Positions 53,900 to 64,000 of a stretch of DNA of 64,000 nt are shown here, piece after piece. The DNA lies in assembly GCF_006345805.1 (NCBI RefSeq), contig NC_042999.1, forward strand, positions 170,872,001-170,936,000. Reading direction: 5' to 3'. Origin of the DNA: Octopus sinensis (lineage: Eukaryota). A program made the translations under genes and the position numbers. Position 1 is the first letter of the stretch. Every line of letters begins with the position of its first letter. The notes beneath the pieces were generated by a model. It worked only from the letters and a program-made list of their open reading frames with translations, was not told the origin of the DNA and searched no databases.

Positions 53900-54271
53900 T
53901 CTATTATATAAAATCCGTTCTGTCTGTGTATCTTCTAGGATATCGGGCATCAAATTTGCGCTCAAATTTGATATGTAAATACTGATGGTATCAAGGTGTG
54001 TATAAGTCTTGAAAAAATTACAAAAATCGATTCCAGGTGAGAATGCGATCGATAAAGCCGTGGGAATGTGCATTTGTACGCGCAAGTACATCAGCTGTTG
54101 TGATCGATACTACAGGTACGCGAGAAAAATGCACGTGCAGTTTGCGCAAAAAAAGCCGGCTGGCTTGAAATAATGCCACAAAATGAGACGGTCGGACAAG
54201 TTGTTTTGAGAAAATTTGGTTTAAATGTTTGACATCTTGGCACCATACACTGGACCCGGGCGTTTTGCTCG
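53900..54271 (+). mobile_element. Non-autonomous Helitron (about 370 bp)
   Basis: A|TCTATTATATAAAA 5' end; GC-rich subterminal segment then CTCG|T (CTAG-like) 3' end; no TSD. Confidence 0.6.
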
Positions 54272-54327
54272 TGAATATATATATAGAAATATATATGTGT
54301 GTGTGGGGTTACGGATATGTGTGTGTG

Positions 54328-54690
54328 GGTTACAGATAAAATTAGGGAAAAGCAGCATTGTTACACATGAAACTAGAAGTAAATAAAATAGAAAAAGAAA
54401 TAATTCGCATTTTCTGATTTAACAAAACAAATAACTATTCATTTCGTGTACTCTAACATGATGGGGAAAAATACAATACGCATAAAATTGTCACATTTCA
54501 AAATTCCTCGTGATTGATATATCATTAAAATTTGTCTCACACACACACCCAAACATGCGCGCGCACACACGCACACACAGAGACTAACACACACATAATC
54601 ACACATACAAGCCAAGCATAATACACACAAAAACACACACACAAACACCAACAGATGCGTACAGACACCGCTCCTCAGTTTTATATATAT
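54328..54690 (-). mobile_element. Helitron-like fragment, partly duplicated at 56498-56790
   Basis: rc start TCATATATATAAAACTGAG; GTTACAGATAAAATTAGGGAAAAGCAGCA...ATCATTAAAA is shared with 56498-56700. Confidence 0.45.
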
Positions 54691-55001
54691 GAGGGAGGGA
54701 ATTCAACATCAGTACATCACCAAAAGTATTGTTCCTTGAATCAACAATGCAACCAAGTTATACGATCGTTCGCATTGTTTACCCTGGAAAGAGGGTTTTC
54801 TGCCACCATGGGCCCTATACTCATTATGTGAAAAGTTTTAAGAGTCTAAAACCATCTTTGGAACATAAGCAATGTATGTTCTCTGTTTGGAGAAAATTAG
54901 TTGCGATAGTTGTGATATATATATATATATATCGTCATTGTATCATATATCCCAAAAATAAGCACATTCTAAAGCATAGAGCAAGCACTAAGGTATTTAT
55001 A

Positions 55002-55480
55002 TGTAGTTAAGCCTATGTCTGATCATAGTGTGACCAATGGTTTCGCATTCACTCGTCAGACACATAAGCCGAAGAAACATGTAGTGCTTCACCTCTAGGA
55101 CGCAGGAATCCGTTACAACCATTTGGTCAGAAATTTAAAATAAATAAATACTCCGGCTTCAGCGGAAAGGGCTTATCTCCATTAGACCTGTTCATCCGGG
55201 TTAAAAGAAGGGGAGCAGGGGAGTGTTCACTTGCGTTGCTTTTAGATTGTAAGGACTCTTCTGGGTCTAATCGGAGAACACAGAATCCTATGGTTGCAGC
55301 AGGTAGCGTTTGAAATGGATGCAAGAACTGAAAATTTCTTGGCAAGTGTTCAGTGATTCAGTTTTAGGAAGTCTTTGAGCGTCCTTGCTCGCTCAGCTAT
55401 ATAATGGCTGCAGCGTTTGCTTCGGTTTGTGGCTAAGCTACCATTTTGTTACTTTAAGACTGGACATATACTTAACTACA
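55002..55480. mobile_element. TGT...ACA TIR element, copy 2 (479 bp)
   Basis: 18-bp TIR 16/18 identical; TATA on both flanks; homologous to 52222-52651. Confidence 0.6.
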
Positions 55481-55510
55481 TATATATGAGAAAAATATAA
55501 GTTCAAGTAG

Positions 55511-55850
55511 AACAATTCAAACTTTTTGAGGAGTCCTAAAAGAGAGAAAATATTTTCTAATAAAAATTCATCATATTCAGAAATATCCTGCTAGAGCAAG
55601 CAATAAGAATATGGAAATAACAATTGAAAAAGTTCGTTATAGGTATAAATATAGCATAAAACAATTATAAAAATGGAGAAAAGATGTTAAAAAATTAAAA
55701 TTAGATTTAAAAAGTACATACGAACGTTTCAATGGGCAATATAAATATGTAAGAAAAAGTAATAATAATAACAATTATAATTATAGCTATGTATTATCAT
55801 TCTCGTCAGTGTGAAGAATTTAAAGGAAAAAAATCAAAAAGTATTAATAA
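55511..55850 (-). mobile_element. Second copy of the hammerhead-bearing element
   Basis: Nearly identical to 52652-52990. Confidence 0.65.
55716..55812 (-). ncRNA. Type I hammerhead-like motif identical to 52853-52949
   Basis: 97-nt exact match by eye. Confidence 0.5.
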
Positions 55851-56005
55851 AAATCAAGAAGGAAAAACAAAGGGGGTAATAGGAAAAATTTAACCGGATA
55901 TTTACAAATAAGTTGTAAAAGGGAAAAATGAAGAGAAACGAAAAAGAATGTCATCTAAATGTGTATGCTAGTCTATTAATTATAATAATTATTACAATGA
56001 TTTTT

Positions 56006-56138
56006 TTCTTACATATTTGTATTGCCCTTTGAAATATTCGTATGTACTTATTAAATCTAATTTTGATTTTAAAAAATCTTTTCTCCATTTTTATAATTGT
56101 TTATGGTATCTTTATACATATAATAAACTTTTTCAATT
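56006..56138 (+). repeat. Diverged inverted copy of 55620-55762
   Basis: CTTACATATTT(G/A)TATTGCCC(T/A)TTGAAA..TTCGTATGTACT...TTTCTCCATTTTTATAATTGTTT...ACTTTTTCAATT. Confidence 0.7.
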
Positions 56139-57074
56139 AACTACACACCCACTCACGCATATATATAGGGAGAGAGGGGGAGAGAGAAGATTATTTGCCA
56201 ACATAATGTGGCAAGGGAAATAAACAAGAATCCATTGGTACGCAGATATTATTTTGAGCTGAGTGGGGTAGCGAAACTCCTTTCTTCGAAAACATAAGGA
56301 CGCCGATAGTGTTGTGTCGTATAGCCAGCCGGAGACGCTAAATAACAGTAACAATCATCCTAATCAGGACTGCCATATTATGTTGACAAAAAGTCTTTAC
56401 TCTAGAGTACTGTTACTGAATATCTCTCGTTCAGAGATTTAGAAATAATAATTTTATGTACGTATATATATATATATATATATAGATAGATAGGTAGGTT
56501 ACAGATAAAATTAGGGAAAAGCAGCACTGTTACAAATGAAACAAGTAATAATTGGAATGGAAAAAGAAATAATTCGCATTTTCTGATTTAACAAAACAAA
56601 TAACTATTCATTCCCTGTACACTGTCGCATGATGTGAAAAAATACAATACATAAAATTGCAGCTTCGTCTTGATTGATATATCATTAAAACTTGTCACGC
56701 GCACATATATACGCACAGAAACAAACACACACACACTCACACAAACACGCACACAAACACAAATAGACGCACGCACATACACACACACACGCACACACAA
56801 GCACACACATATTTTTTGTTGCAGTGCAGACATACACCTCCATTCAAAATAATTTCTCTAGCGAAACTTTTCAAATAGATAATTGTACTTTTGTTTACTG
56901 TTGCTGGTGAGTTACTAATTTTAATAAGAAATGTCTTATTTTCAACAATGGTAGCTTAATATATATTTTAACGTTGATGTTGGAAACTGTAGAACTTTTC
57001 GAAGAGTTTTACTTATTATTAGCCAGGAATTACATCTTTTCGAAATTCCTCTTGAATGTTCTACCCATATCATA

Positions 57075-57099
57075 TTTTGTTATATATATATATATATAG

Positions 57100-57134
<35 letters not shown>

Positions 57135-57159
57135 ATATATATTATATATATATATATAT

Positions 57160-57224
<65 letters not shown>

Positions 57225-57239
57225 GTATGTATGTATGCA

Positions 57240-57287
<48 letters not shown>

Positions 57288-57375
57288 ATATATATACATA
57301 TATATATGTGTATATATATGTATATGCATGTATATACATGCATGCATACACACGCACACGCACACACACACACAT
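57075..57375. repeat. (TA)n/(CA)n microsatellite
   Basis: Direct sequence. Confidence 0.95.
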
Positions 57376-57648
57376 ATCAAACATAAATAGCTATTCATAT
57401 ATTCCTTTTCTGAAAATGTTCCACTAGATAATCAGATAGATAGCTTAATATGTTTAAAAATATGTTTTTAACGACATTATATAAGCCTTTTTCAAAGCGC
57501 ATTTTTTCTTACATTTAAATAACTTGCAACGCGCCAATGTATTACCAATAATCTCTGTTGCTGGTGGCTCTGTTTCTAACGTCGCAGCTGTTGTCACTTA
57601 TCTTTTTCATTGCTCATTGCAAGTAAAAACTGTGGATATATATATATA

Positions 57649-58925
57649 CGAGGGGCGTTCAATAAGTAATGCGCCTGACCCACTTCCCATAGCAGTACAG
57701 CAACGACACTTGGCACAGTTATTAGTCTTTTTCTACATAGGAACCACCCAGAGTTACGCATTTCTCCCATTGTTTGATGCAGCTCTAGAGACCGTTTTTG
57801 TAGAAGATCCCAGCTTGGTCCTCCAACCTGAACGTGACTTCAGAAATCAAGGCTGCATCATCTGTGAAAAGCTTTCCTTTCAAAAACAACTTCATGACTG
57901 GGAAGAGGTGAAAATCAGAGGGTGCAAGGTCAGGAAAGTAGGGGGATGGGGGAGGAGTCCATAGCCATACGTCTGTGCTTCTGACCTGGCGACAAGCGAG
58001 TTGTGGACCGGAGCGTTGTCTTGCAGGAGGAGGATGCCTTTGCTGATCTTGCCCCGCCTCTTGATTTTGATAACTTCTCTTAATTTCCTCAAAAGTGAAG
58101 CATAATAAGCTCCTGCAATTGTGGTACCCTTTGCCAGGAAATCTGTCATCACTACTCCGTCCTGGTCCCAGAAGACTGTGAGCATGACCTTGCCAGCGGA
58201 GGGCTGCACCCTTGCCTTCTTTGGAGGAGGTGAGTCACGGTGCTTCCACTGCATTGACTGGGCTTTGGTCTCTGTGTCATCGTGATGGACCCAGGTTTCA
58301 TCCTGTGCAATCAGTCTTTTTAAAAATTTTGACTCATCTTCTTGGCACATCTCCAAATTCACCCTCGAGCACTCGACGCGTTCTTGCTTCTGGAAAGGCG
58401 TGAGCAACCTGGGAATCCATCTGGCAGACACCTTTTGCACATGCAAATGGTCATGAATGATAGTTTCCACAGACCCGGTACTAATCTTGACCTCATGGGC
58501 TATTTGGCGAATAATTATGCGTCGATCTTCCAAAATGGCAGCCTCAACTTGACGGACAGATACCTTATCAATGGCAGAAGGGGCGACCAGATCTGGGAGC
58601 TGTTTCCACAGAGTTCCGACCATGTTTGAATTCACGATGCCAGCGTTTTACAAGGTCATATGATGGGGCATCATCACCATAAGTTACTTTCATTTCATCA
58701 AAAGTCTCCCGTGGTGTGCGTCCTTTCAAATACAAAAACCGGATCACTGTTCGACACTCAACAGGCTCCATTTCACACTTGACTCGGTTCAAACACCTGT
58801 AAATCAGAAACCACAATTAATTTGCCACTTACTCTATAGAGATATAAATGACTGCACATGCAAAATTTCAGCTAGATCAAACAACTGCAAGTGGGTCAGA
58901 GGCATTACTTATTGAACGTCCCTCG
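57649..58925 (-). mobile_element. Full-length mariner transposon (1277 bp), irritans-like
   Basis: 31-bp TIRs CGAGGGGCGTTCAATAAGTAATGCGCCTGAC / GTCAGAGGCATTACTTATTGAACGTCCCTCG, with TA on both sides. Confidence 0.92.
57722..58771 (-). pseudogene. Mariner DD34D transposase, two frameshifts and one premature stop
   Basis: MEPVECRTVIRFL...RSGRP, WIPRLLT, QDETWVHH, LLQDNAPVH, HPP(Y)FPDLAPSDFHLF; TAG at 57785-57787. Confidence 0.9.
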
Positions 58926-58964
58926 TATATATATATATATATAGACGCATACATACATATATAG

Positions 58965-59123
58965 GAGTGGTTGTGTGGTAAGTAGCTTGCTTGCTTACCA
59001 GCCTCATTATTCCGAGTTCAGTCCTACTGCATAGCACCTTCGGCAAGTGTCTTCTTCTATAGTCTCGAGCCAATGAAAGCCTTGTGAGTGGATTTCGTAG
59101 ACGAAAACTGAAAGAAACCCGTC

Positions 59124-59125
<2 letters not shown>
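58965..59125 (+). mobile_element. tRNA-derived SINE head (family 1)
   Basis: GGAGTGGTTGTGTGGTAAGTAGCTTGC...GAGTTCAGTCC...AAAGAAACCCGTCG. Confidence 0.8.
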
Positions 59126-59211
<86 letters not shown>

Positions 59212-59239
59212 GCATATGTGTATATATGGGGTTATGTCC

Positions 59240-59530
59240 TTTATATTTATCGTGTTCTTTTGCCGAACCGCTACGTTAGGGGGACGTAAACACACCAACA
59301 CCAGTTGTCAAGCGGTGGGGGAGGGACAAACACAGACACAAACACACGCACACGCATACATGTGCGCACACACTCATATGATAGGCTTCTTTCAGTTTCC
59401 GTCAACTGAAACCACTCACATGGTTGGTCGGCCTATAGTAGAAGACACTTGCCCAAGGTGTCACGTAGTGGGACTGAACCCAGAACCTTGCGATTGGGAA
59501 GCACACTTTTTACCACAAAGCCACACTTGC
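59240..59530 (-). mobile_element. Composite SINE family 1
   Basis: 3' module 59240-59345, CA linker, head 59375-59530. Confidence 0.75.
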
Positions 59531-59599
59531 AATAATTTTTTAAAAAATAATTACAGTCGTGCATTCTAACTTATCAAAAGGAAGAGCGGAAATATGTGA

Positions 59600-60570
59600 A
59601 TTTTTATGCTCACCAGATGCTAGTGATAATAATTTAAAAATCCTCTGCACAACGTAATTTTCCAGATTCAGTATCAAGCCATCCAACTGCTAAAGTCTTC
59701 CTCCTTTCTCCTGCCTCATTTATACGCTACTATATATAACAGACGGCAGTCTCCCTTGGTTTCTTCCCACATCCAACTTTTTTTTAGATCCTGGAAATAG
59801 TTTCTTCTTTGCTAGAAAATTATATACTTCATCTGTTATGAGACCAGTTAATAGTTTCCTGTGTAATAGTAAGTAAGCAATGGGTCTAAAATTGCTGGTT
59901 TCCCCTCTCTTTTCTTCGTCCTCCTGTTTCAGCATTGTCCGCCCTTTTGTCATCCATATCGGTGCTCCATTTTCTATGCATCCATTTAAAAAATAGTCGT
60001 ATATAACTGTGTATACTTGAGAGATCCTTGAGCCAGAAGCTTGGAGACCATCCGGTTTGAGTGCTTACCAGTTCTTTGTTTTCTTAATTATCTCCTTTAC
60101 TTGCTTATCTATGATTATTATATTTTCTAGTGTCACTCCATTTCCATTTCTCTTTTAAATTCCCGTGACCAGTCTGCTTTTATATTATGTTGGACTTCTT
60201 TGCTCTAGACTTTTGTCTAGAATTTCGTTTCTGCTTCAGCATCTGGCATATAATTTTCCTGATGTTCTTCTCCATTGCTCAGTTGTTAATAAAATTTTCT
60301 TTCATTGTTCTTGGAGAGTCTCTCTGCAGGTATCCGTTTATTTTGCCAGACACTGCTTTTATACTTTTTCTTAGTTCTTCTTTAGCTACTTGCAGTCCTT
60401 TTTATCCTATATTGTTCTTCCTTTGAACTTCTTTCCTATGTCTTGGAGTAAAACGAGAAAGAAAAGCAAGGGCTATTGTAACTGCCTTGAGATGCCATTT
60501 CCTTTTCGTTTTTAATGAGTAAATATTATTATTTACCTTCCACTTCTCAGAGCTCTTGATTTCTCTTGAT
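59600..60570 (-). mobile_element. R4/Dong-like fragment: pre-RT and RT N-terminus
   Basis: TKGRTML...KRGETSNFRPIAYL...KLLTGLITDEVYNFL..KKLFP. Confidence 0.75.
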
Positions 60571-60679
60571 CCGGCTAATTCTGTATGTGCAGACAACAAC
60601 CTGTTGTAAAGTATCTCACAGGGTCTCTTTTCACGTTACTTAACATCCAAGTAACAATCTCAAAATCTTCACTGTCACC

Positions 60680-60960
60680 AATTAAACTATTTTCTGAGCA
60701 TGTTCTACCCTCGTGTCAATCCCAATTTCTCCAACAAATTTCTCAAATCTGGTTGTTAATGCTCTGAATGCACCAACAACTACTCGAATGACAGTTGTTT
60801 CTTTCTTCATTGCCCACATTCGTGTAATTTCATCTGTTAGATGATTGTACTTTTCGACGTAATCTATTTCTTTGCCACGCACTCGTACATCTCCAGGTAT
60901 GCCAATATCAATGATCTTGGTTTCCTTGATCACTTTTGTCAGCTCCACCAATACCTGGGC
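60680..60960 (-). mobile_element. R4/Dong-like RLE fragment
   Basis: KIIDIGIPGDVRV..KE...VEKY..L..EI.RMW.M...VVVGA. Confidence 0.75.
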
Positions 60961-61339
60961 TCTGAGCGTTAATCACTGAACCACACTGCGGGGCTTAGTT
61001 GCACTATTTTCTGTATGTTTTATATATTTGTAAGTTCTGGTTATGTATTTGAATAAATGTTTTTTTAATCATACCCAATGCACCTATTATTATAGGGACT
61101 CTTTCTGTATTTAGGCTCCACATTCAATTGTATTTTGTATTTTGAGAGTTTCACTGTTCCATTTAGAAATACATTGTCACTTGTTGGGATTCATTCATTG
61201 ATTAGAAGGCATTTTTTGTTGATGATCTCTGACAACTATATCCGGTCTATTAATCTTCATTTCTCTATCTTTGTCTATTAACATATCTCAGAGTATGGTT
61301 GCCTCGTCATTTTCCGTGACGCTTTTGGGGGGTGCGCCT

Positions 61340-62190
61340 GCACCATCTTTTTTCTGCTGTTATTCCATGTGTTGACATAGCTTCCACTGTATATAGGCCC
61401 CAACTATGTCATGTCTGTAGATATATTCCTTCTTAGCCAAGACTGGACAACCAGAGACAGTATGATTTATTGTTTCTTCACCACGTATTCTACAGTTACT
61501 TGTATTTTTCTTCAGTATGCGTTTCTGGTGGTCTCTGGTGGGGAGACTTTGATTTTGTGCGGCAATTAAAAATCCCGACCTCTCTGATTTGAGCCCTGAG
61601 CTTCTCCACCATTGTTGGGATTTTACTTTGTCCATTTCTTCTCTGTTTAGCTTATCCAAGAGTTTAGTTTCTTGCCATCATTTTATCATGGTATTTTGTT
61701 GTTCCAGCTTTAGTTTAGATTTCAGTTGCTTAACAGCTTTTGTTGTTTCTTCTTTTTCTTCATGGTTGTCAGGTACTATTATTTATTATTTGTATTTTTC
61801 AGCCTCCTTAAAGGCAAAAAACAGTTTTTTGTTTTCTCGTGTTTTGTGGCTTTTTGGACCAGTTCTGCTTGCTTCTGAATTCGATATTTCTGAAATCCTA
61901 GAGTGATTATTTTATAATAGCTTCCTAGTTGTATAAGGTCTCTACCAATTTCAATTCGCTACACATATAATCTTTCTGTCAGATTTTGTGTGGTGCATCG
62001 TAAATCCTGTCATTATTTTTCATGTTTCCCGTCTAGTTTGGTCAGTTGGTTTAGTGTTCAATTAAGAATTTGTAGCTGTAACTTATAACTGAGACAGCTA
62101 GAGTGTTAATACCTATTAACTTGTTTTTCGCATTGAGCTCTGTTTTAAGCATTAATCTAACTCGTCTACAGTTTTCCTTCCTTATCTTCT
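61340..62190 (-). mobile_element. R4/Dong-like post-RT fragment with CCHC
   Basis: RRVRLMLKTELNAKNKLIGINTLAVSVISYS; GFLIAAQNQSLPTR...CRI..EETINH.VSGCP.LA.KEY..RHD; 5' end abuts (AAT)n on the minus strand. Confidence 0.8.
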
Positions 62191-62289
62191 TTTTCATTAT
62201 TATTATTGTTATTATTATTATTATTGTTGTTGTTGTTGTTGTTGTTGTTATACACACAACAGAAAATTCTCAACATTGGTTTAACCTTA

Positions 62290-64000
62290 GATGACAAGAA
62301 CCCTCCTAAGTATCCTAGCTGTCCTTAATAACTCTGTTTCCTGGAGCTGTACTGGGTTTTATGCTTATTTGCACTATCCATCTGTTCAAATCATTAGGGA
62401 TAGTTCCTAATGCAGCTATAACTACTAGGATACATTTTACCCGCCCTTTCCATAGCCTCTGTAATGCAAAGACTAGATCCTGATACTTTGCTATTTTTTC
62501 TATACCTTTCATATTGATTTTTTCATGATTTAGTACTGTAAAGTCAATTATCTGGCACTTTCTATTCTCTTTACTACTACTAAACCAGGCCTTCTAGCTT
62601 CTATTACTCTGTCAGTTTGAATGTTAAAGTCCCACAACATGATATGTATCTTGCTTTCGAGTAAGTACTTTACTAGGTTCATGTTCATACCATTTATCAG
62701 TATGGTAAAATCCTAGCTTTCTACATATCTCACAGTGGATTACCCTCCCAGGTTGTCATGTCTTTTCTTGTATTCTTTCTGTGCCAGCATGCTACATTCA
62801 CTTACTACATGAGTAAAAAGTTCCTCTTTTGATTTGCATACTATACATTGAGAGTCTACTTAGTTTTTGTCTATTTTGGCTTTTGTTCAATTAGTCCTTA
62901 ATGCTGGATCTTGTGCAAGTATTAACAAACATTCTGTCTCCCTTTTCAGCCTTCCTTTCTACAGCCATAACTATGTCTCGCTAATATTATTTGCTGCAAC
63001 TATCTTTGGAAACCTACCATGCAAAGTCTTCTCCTGCCAGCCAGAAAACTTTTATTCTTTTTTCTGGATTTTAACTTACTTTGGCTCTTTGGTTTCCCTA
63101 TGTCTTGCTCTGACGCTAGCAGCTCTTAAACTTTCTTTATTATTACCTACACACAAGTCTATATCTGCTCTAGCTAAATCCACGCAGTCTTCTACTGATA
63201 TTAGTCTTCTTCCACATTCCTTTCTGGGTAAGTATACTCTTTCTACTTCTGCCCTTGGGTTGGGTTATCCATTCATATTGAATTCTTTCCTAGTACTTCT
63301 GTCTAGCTTTCATAATTCAGTTTTCGTCCAATCTACAGAAGCTACTGGGTATCTAAGTAAGGATACTGCCCAAGTATTTACAGCCTTCACTGGATTTGGA
63401 ACGTTTAGCTTTGACTTCATTAGCTTCCCCACTATTCTGATGTTCTCCTCAATTTTCGTCTTCATTTCTATAGTTAGTACTTTGTCAGATTCTAATACAC
63501 CTAGATACTTATAACTCTCTAATTTTTTCAGTGATTTGATTGACCAGTGATATGGTAATTGGATTCCTTCACTATTAACCATCTATCCCCTTTTCATGAC
63601 TAATATAGCACACATATCTATGCCACATTTCATGCCTGTATCTTTGCTGAAGTGTCTAACAATCAGTGTATTAAGGAAGCTATTGCTTCTATATTCTCTT
63701 TAAAAAGGTTCAGATCATCGTATAAAGCAAATGGTTTATTTTCCCCTTACTGTTTCTGAACAGGTATCCTGCTTTTGCTTTCATTAATACTAAACTGAGG
63801 GGGATCAAATATACGACAAATATAAAAGGGAATAACGAGAACCTTGATAACCAGAATTTATTGCCCCCAAATCAGAAAGGTTGCAGGAAGAAGGCTAGAG
63901 GAACGCATGATCTATTATATATAGAAAAAAGTAAAAACTAGTCATCCAGTCTGGTAGTATTCCTCCATTAAGGCAATCCTGAAGTTGCTCTCTCAACCTT
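62290..64000 (-). mobile_element. R4/Dong-like element 3' portion (RT C-terminus to RLE), runs off the window
   Basis: PDWMT, YQG, INHLLY.DDL, YKYLGVLE, AVNTWAVSLLRY, EKIAKYQDL..LQRLW..VVIAALGTIP. Confidence 0.8.

Overview
AT-rich, extremely microsatellite-dense eukaryotic DNA. The repeat style (tRNA-derived SINEs with internal TA/TG tracts, CR1, R4/Dong-like, Tx1, mariner, Helitron and Penelope-like pieces) strongly suggests a cephalopod, probably Octopus; this is inferred from recognised repeats, not from a search. I can identify no host protein-coding gene; there is only one weak 73-nt exon candidate at about 29.5 kb. Almost all long ORFs in the track are microsatellite artefacts or transposon remnants. 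Main elements: a near full-length Tx1/L1-clade LINE (13.7-19.9 kb, minus) sitting between two (GATA)n tracts; a full-length but disrupted mariner (57.6-58.9 kb); CR1 fragments; many RLE-clade LINE fragments (R4/Dong-like at AAT repeats, HERO-like); Helitron pieces; and piggyBac-like and TGT-ended MITEs. The most interesting signal not explained by the ORF track is a set of type I hammerhead-ribozyme-like motifs (CUGANGA...GAAAC...GUH) in four unrelated sequence contexts (13.35, 41.3, 44.47 and 52.9/53.1/55.7 kb). Some have unusually long AT-rich stem II arms, lie inside foldback elements, or are reiterated at about 160-nt spacing, resembling Penelope pLTR ribozymes or non-LTR retrozymes. All folding and alignments were done by eye.
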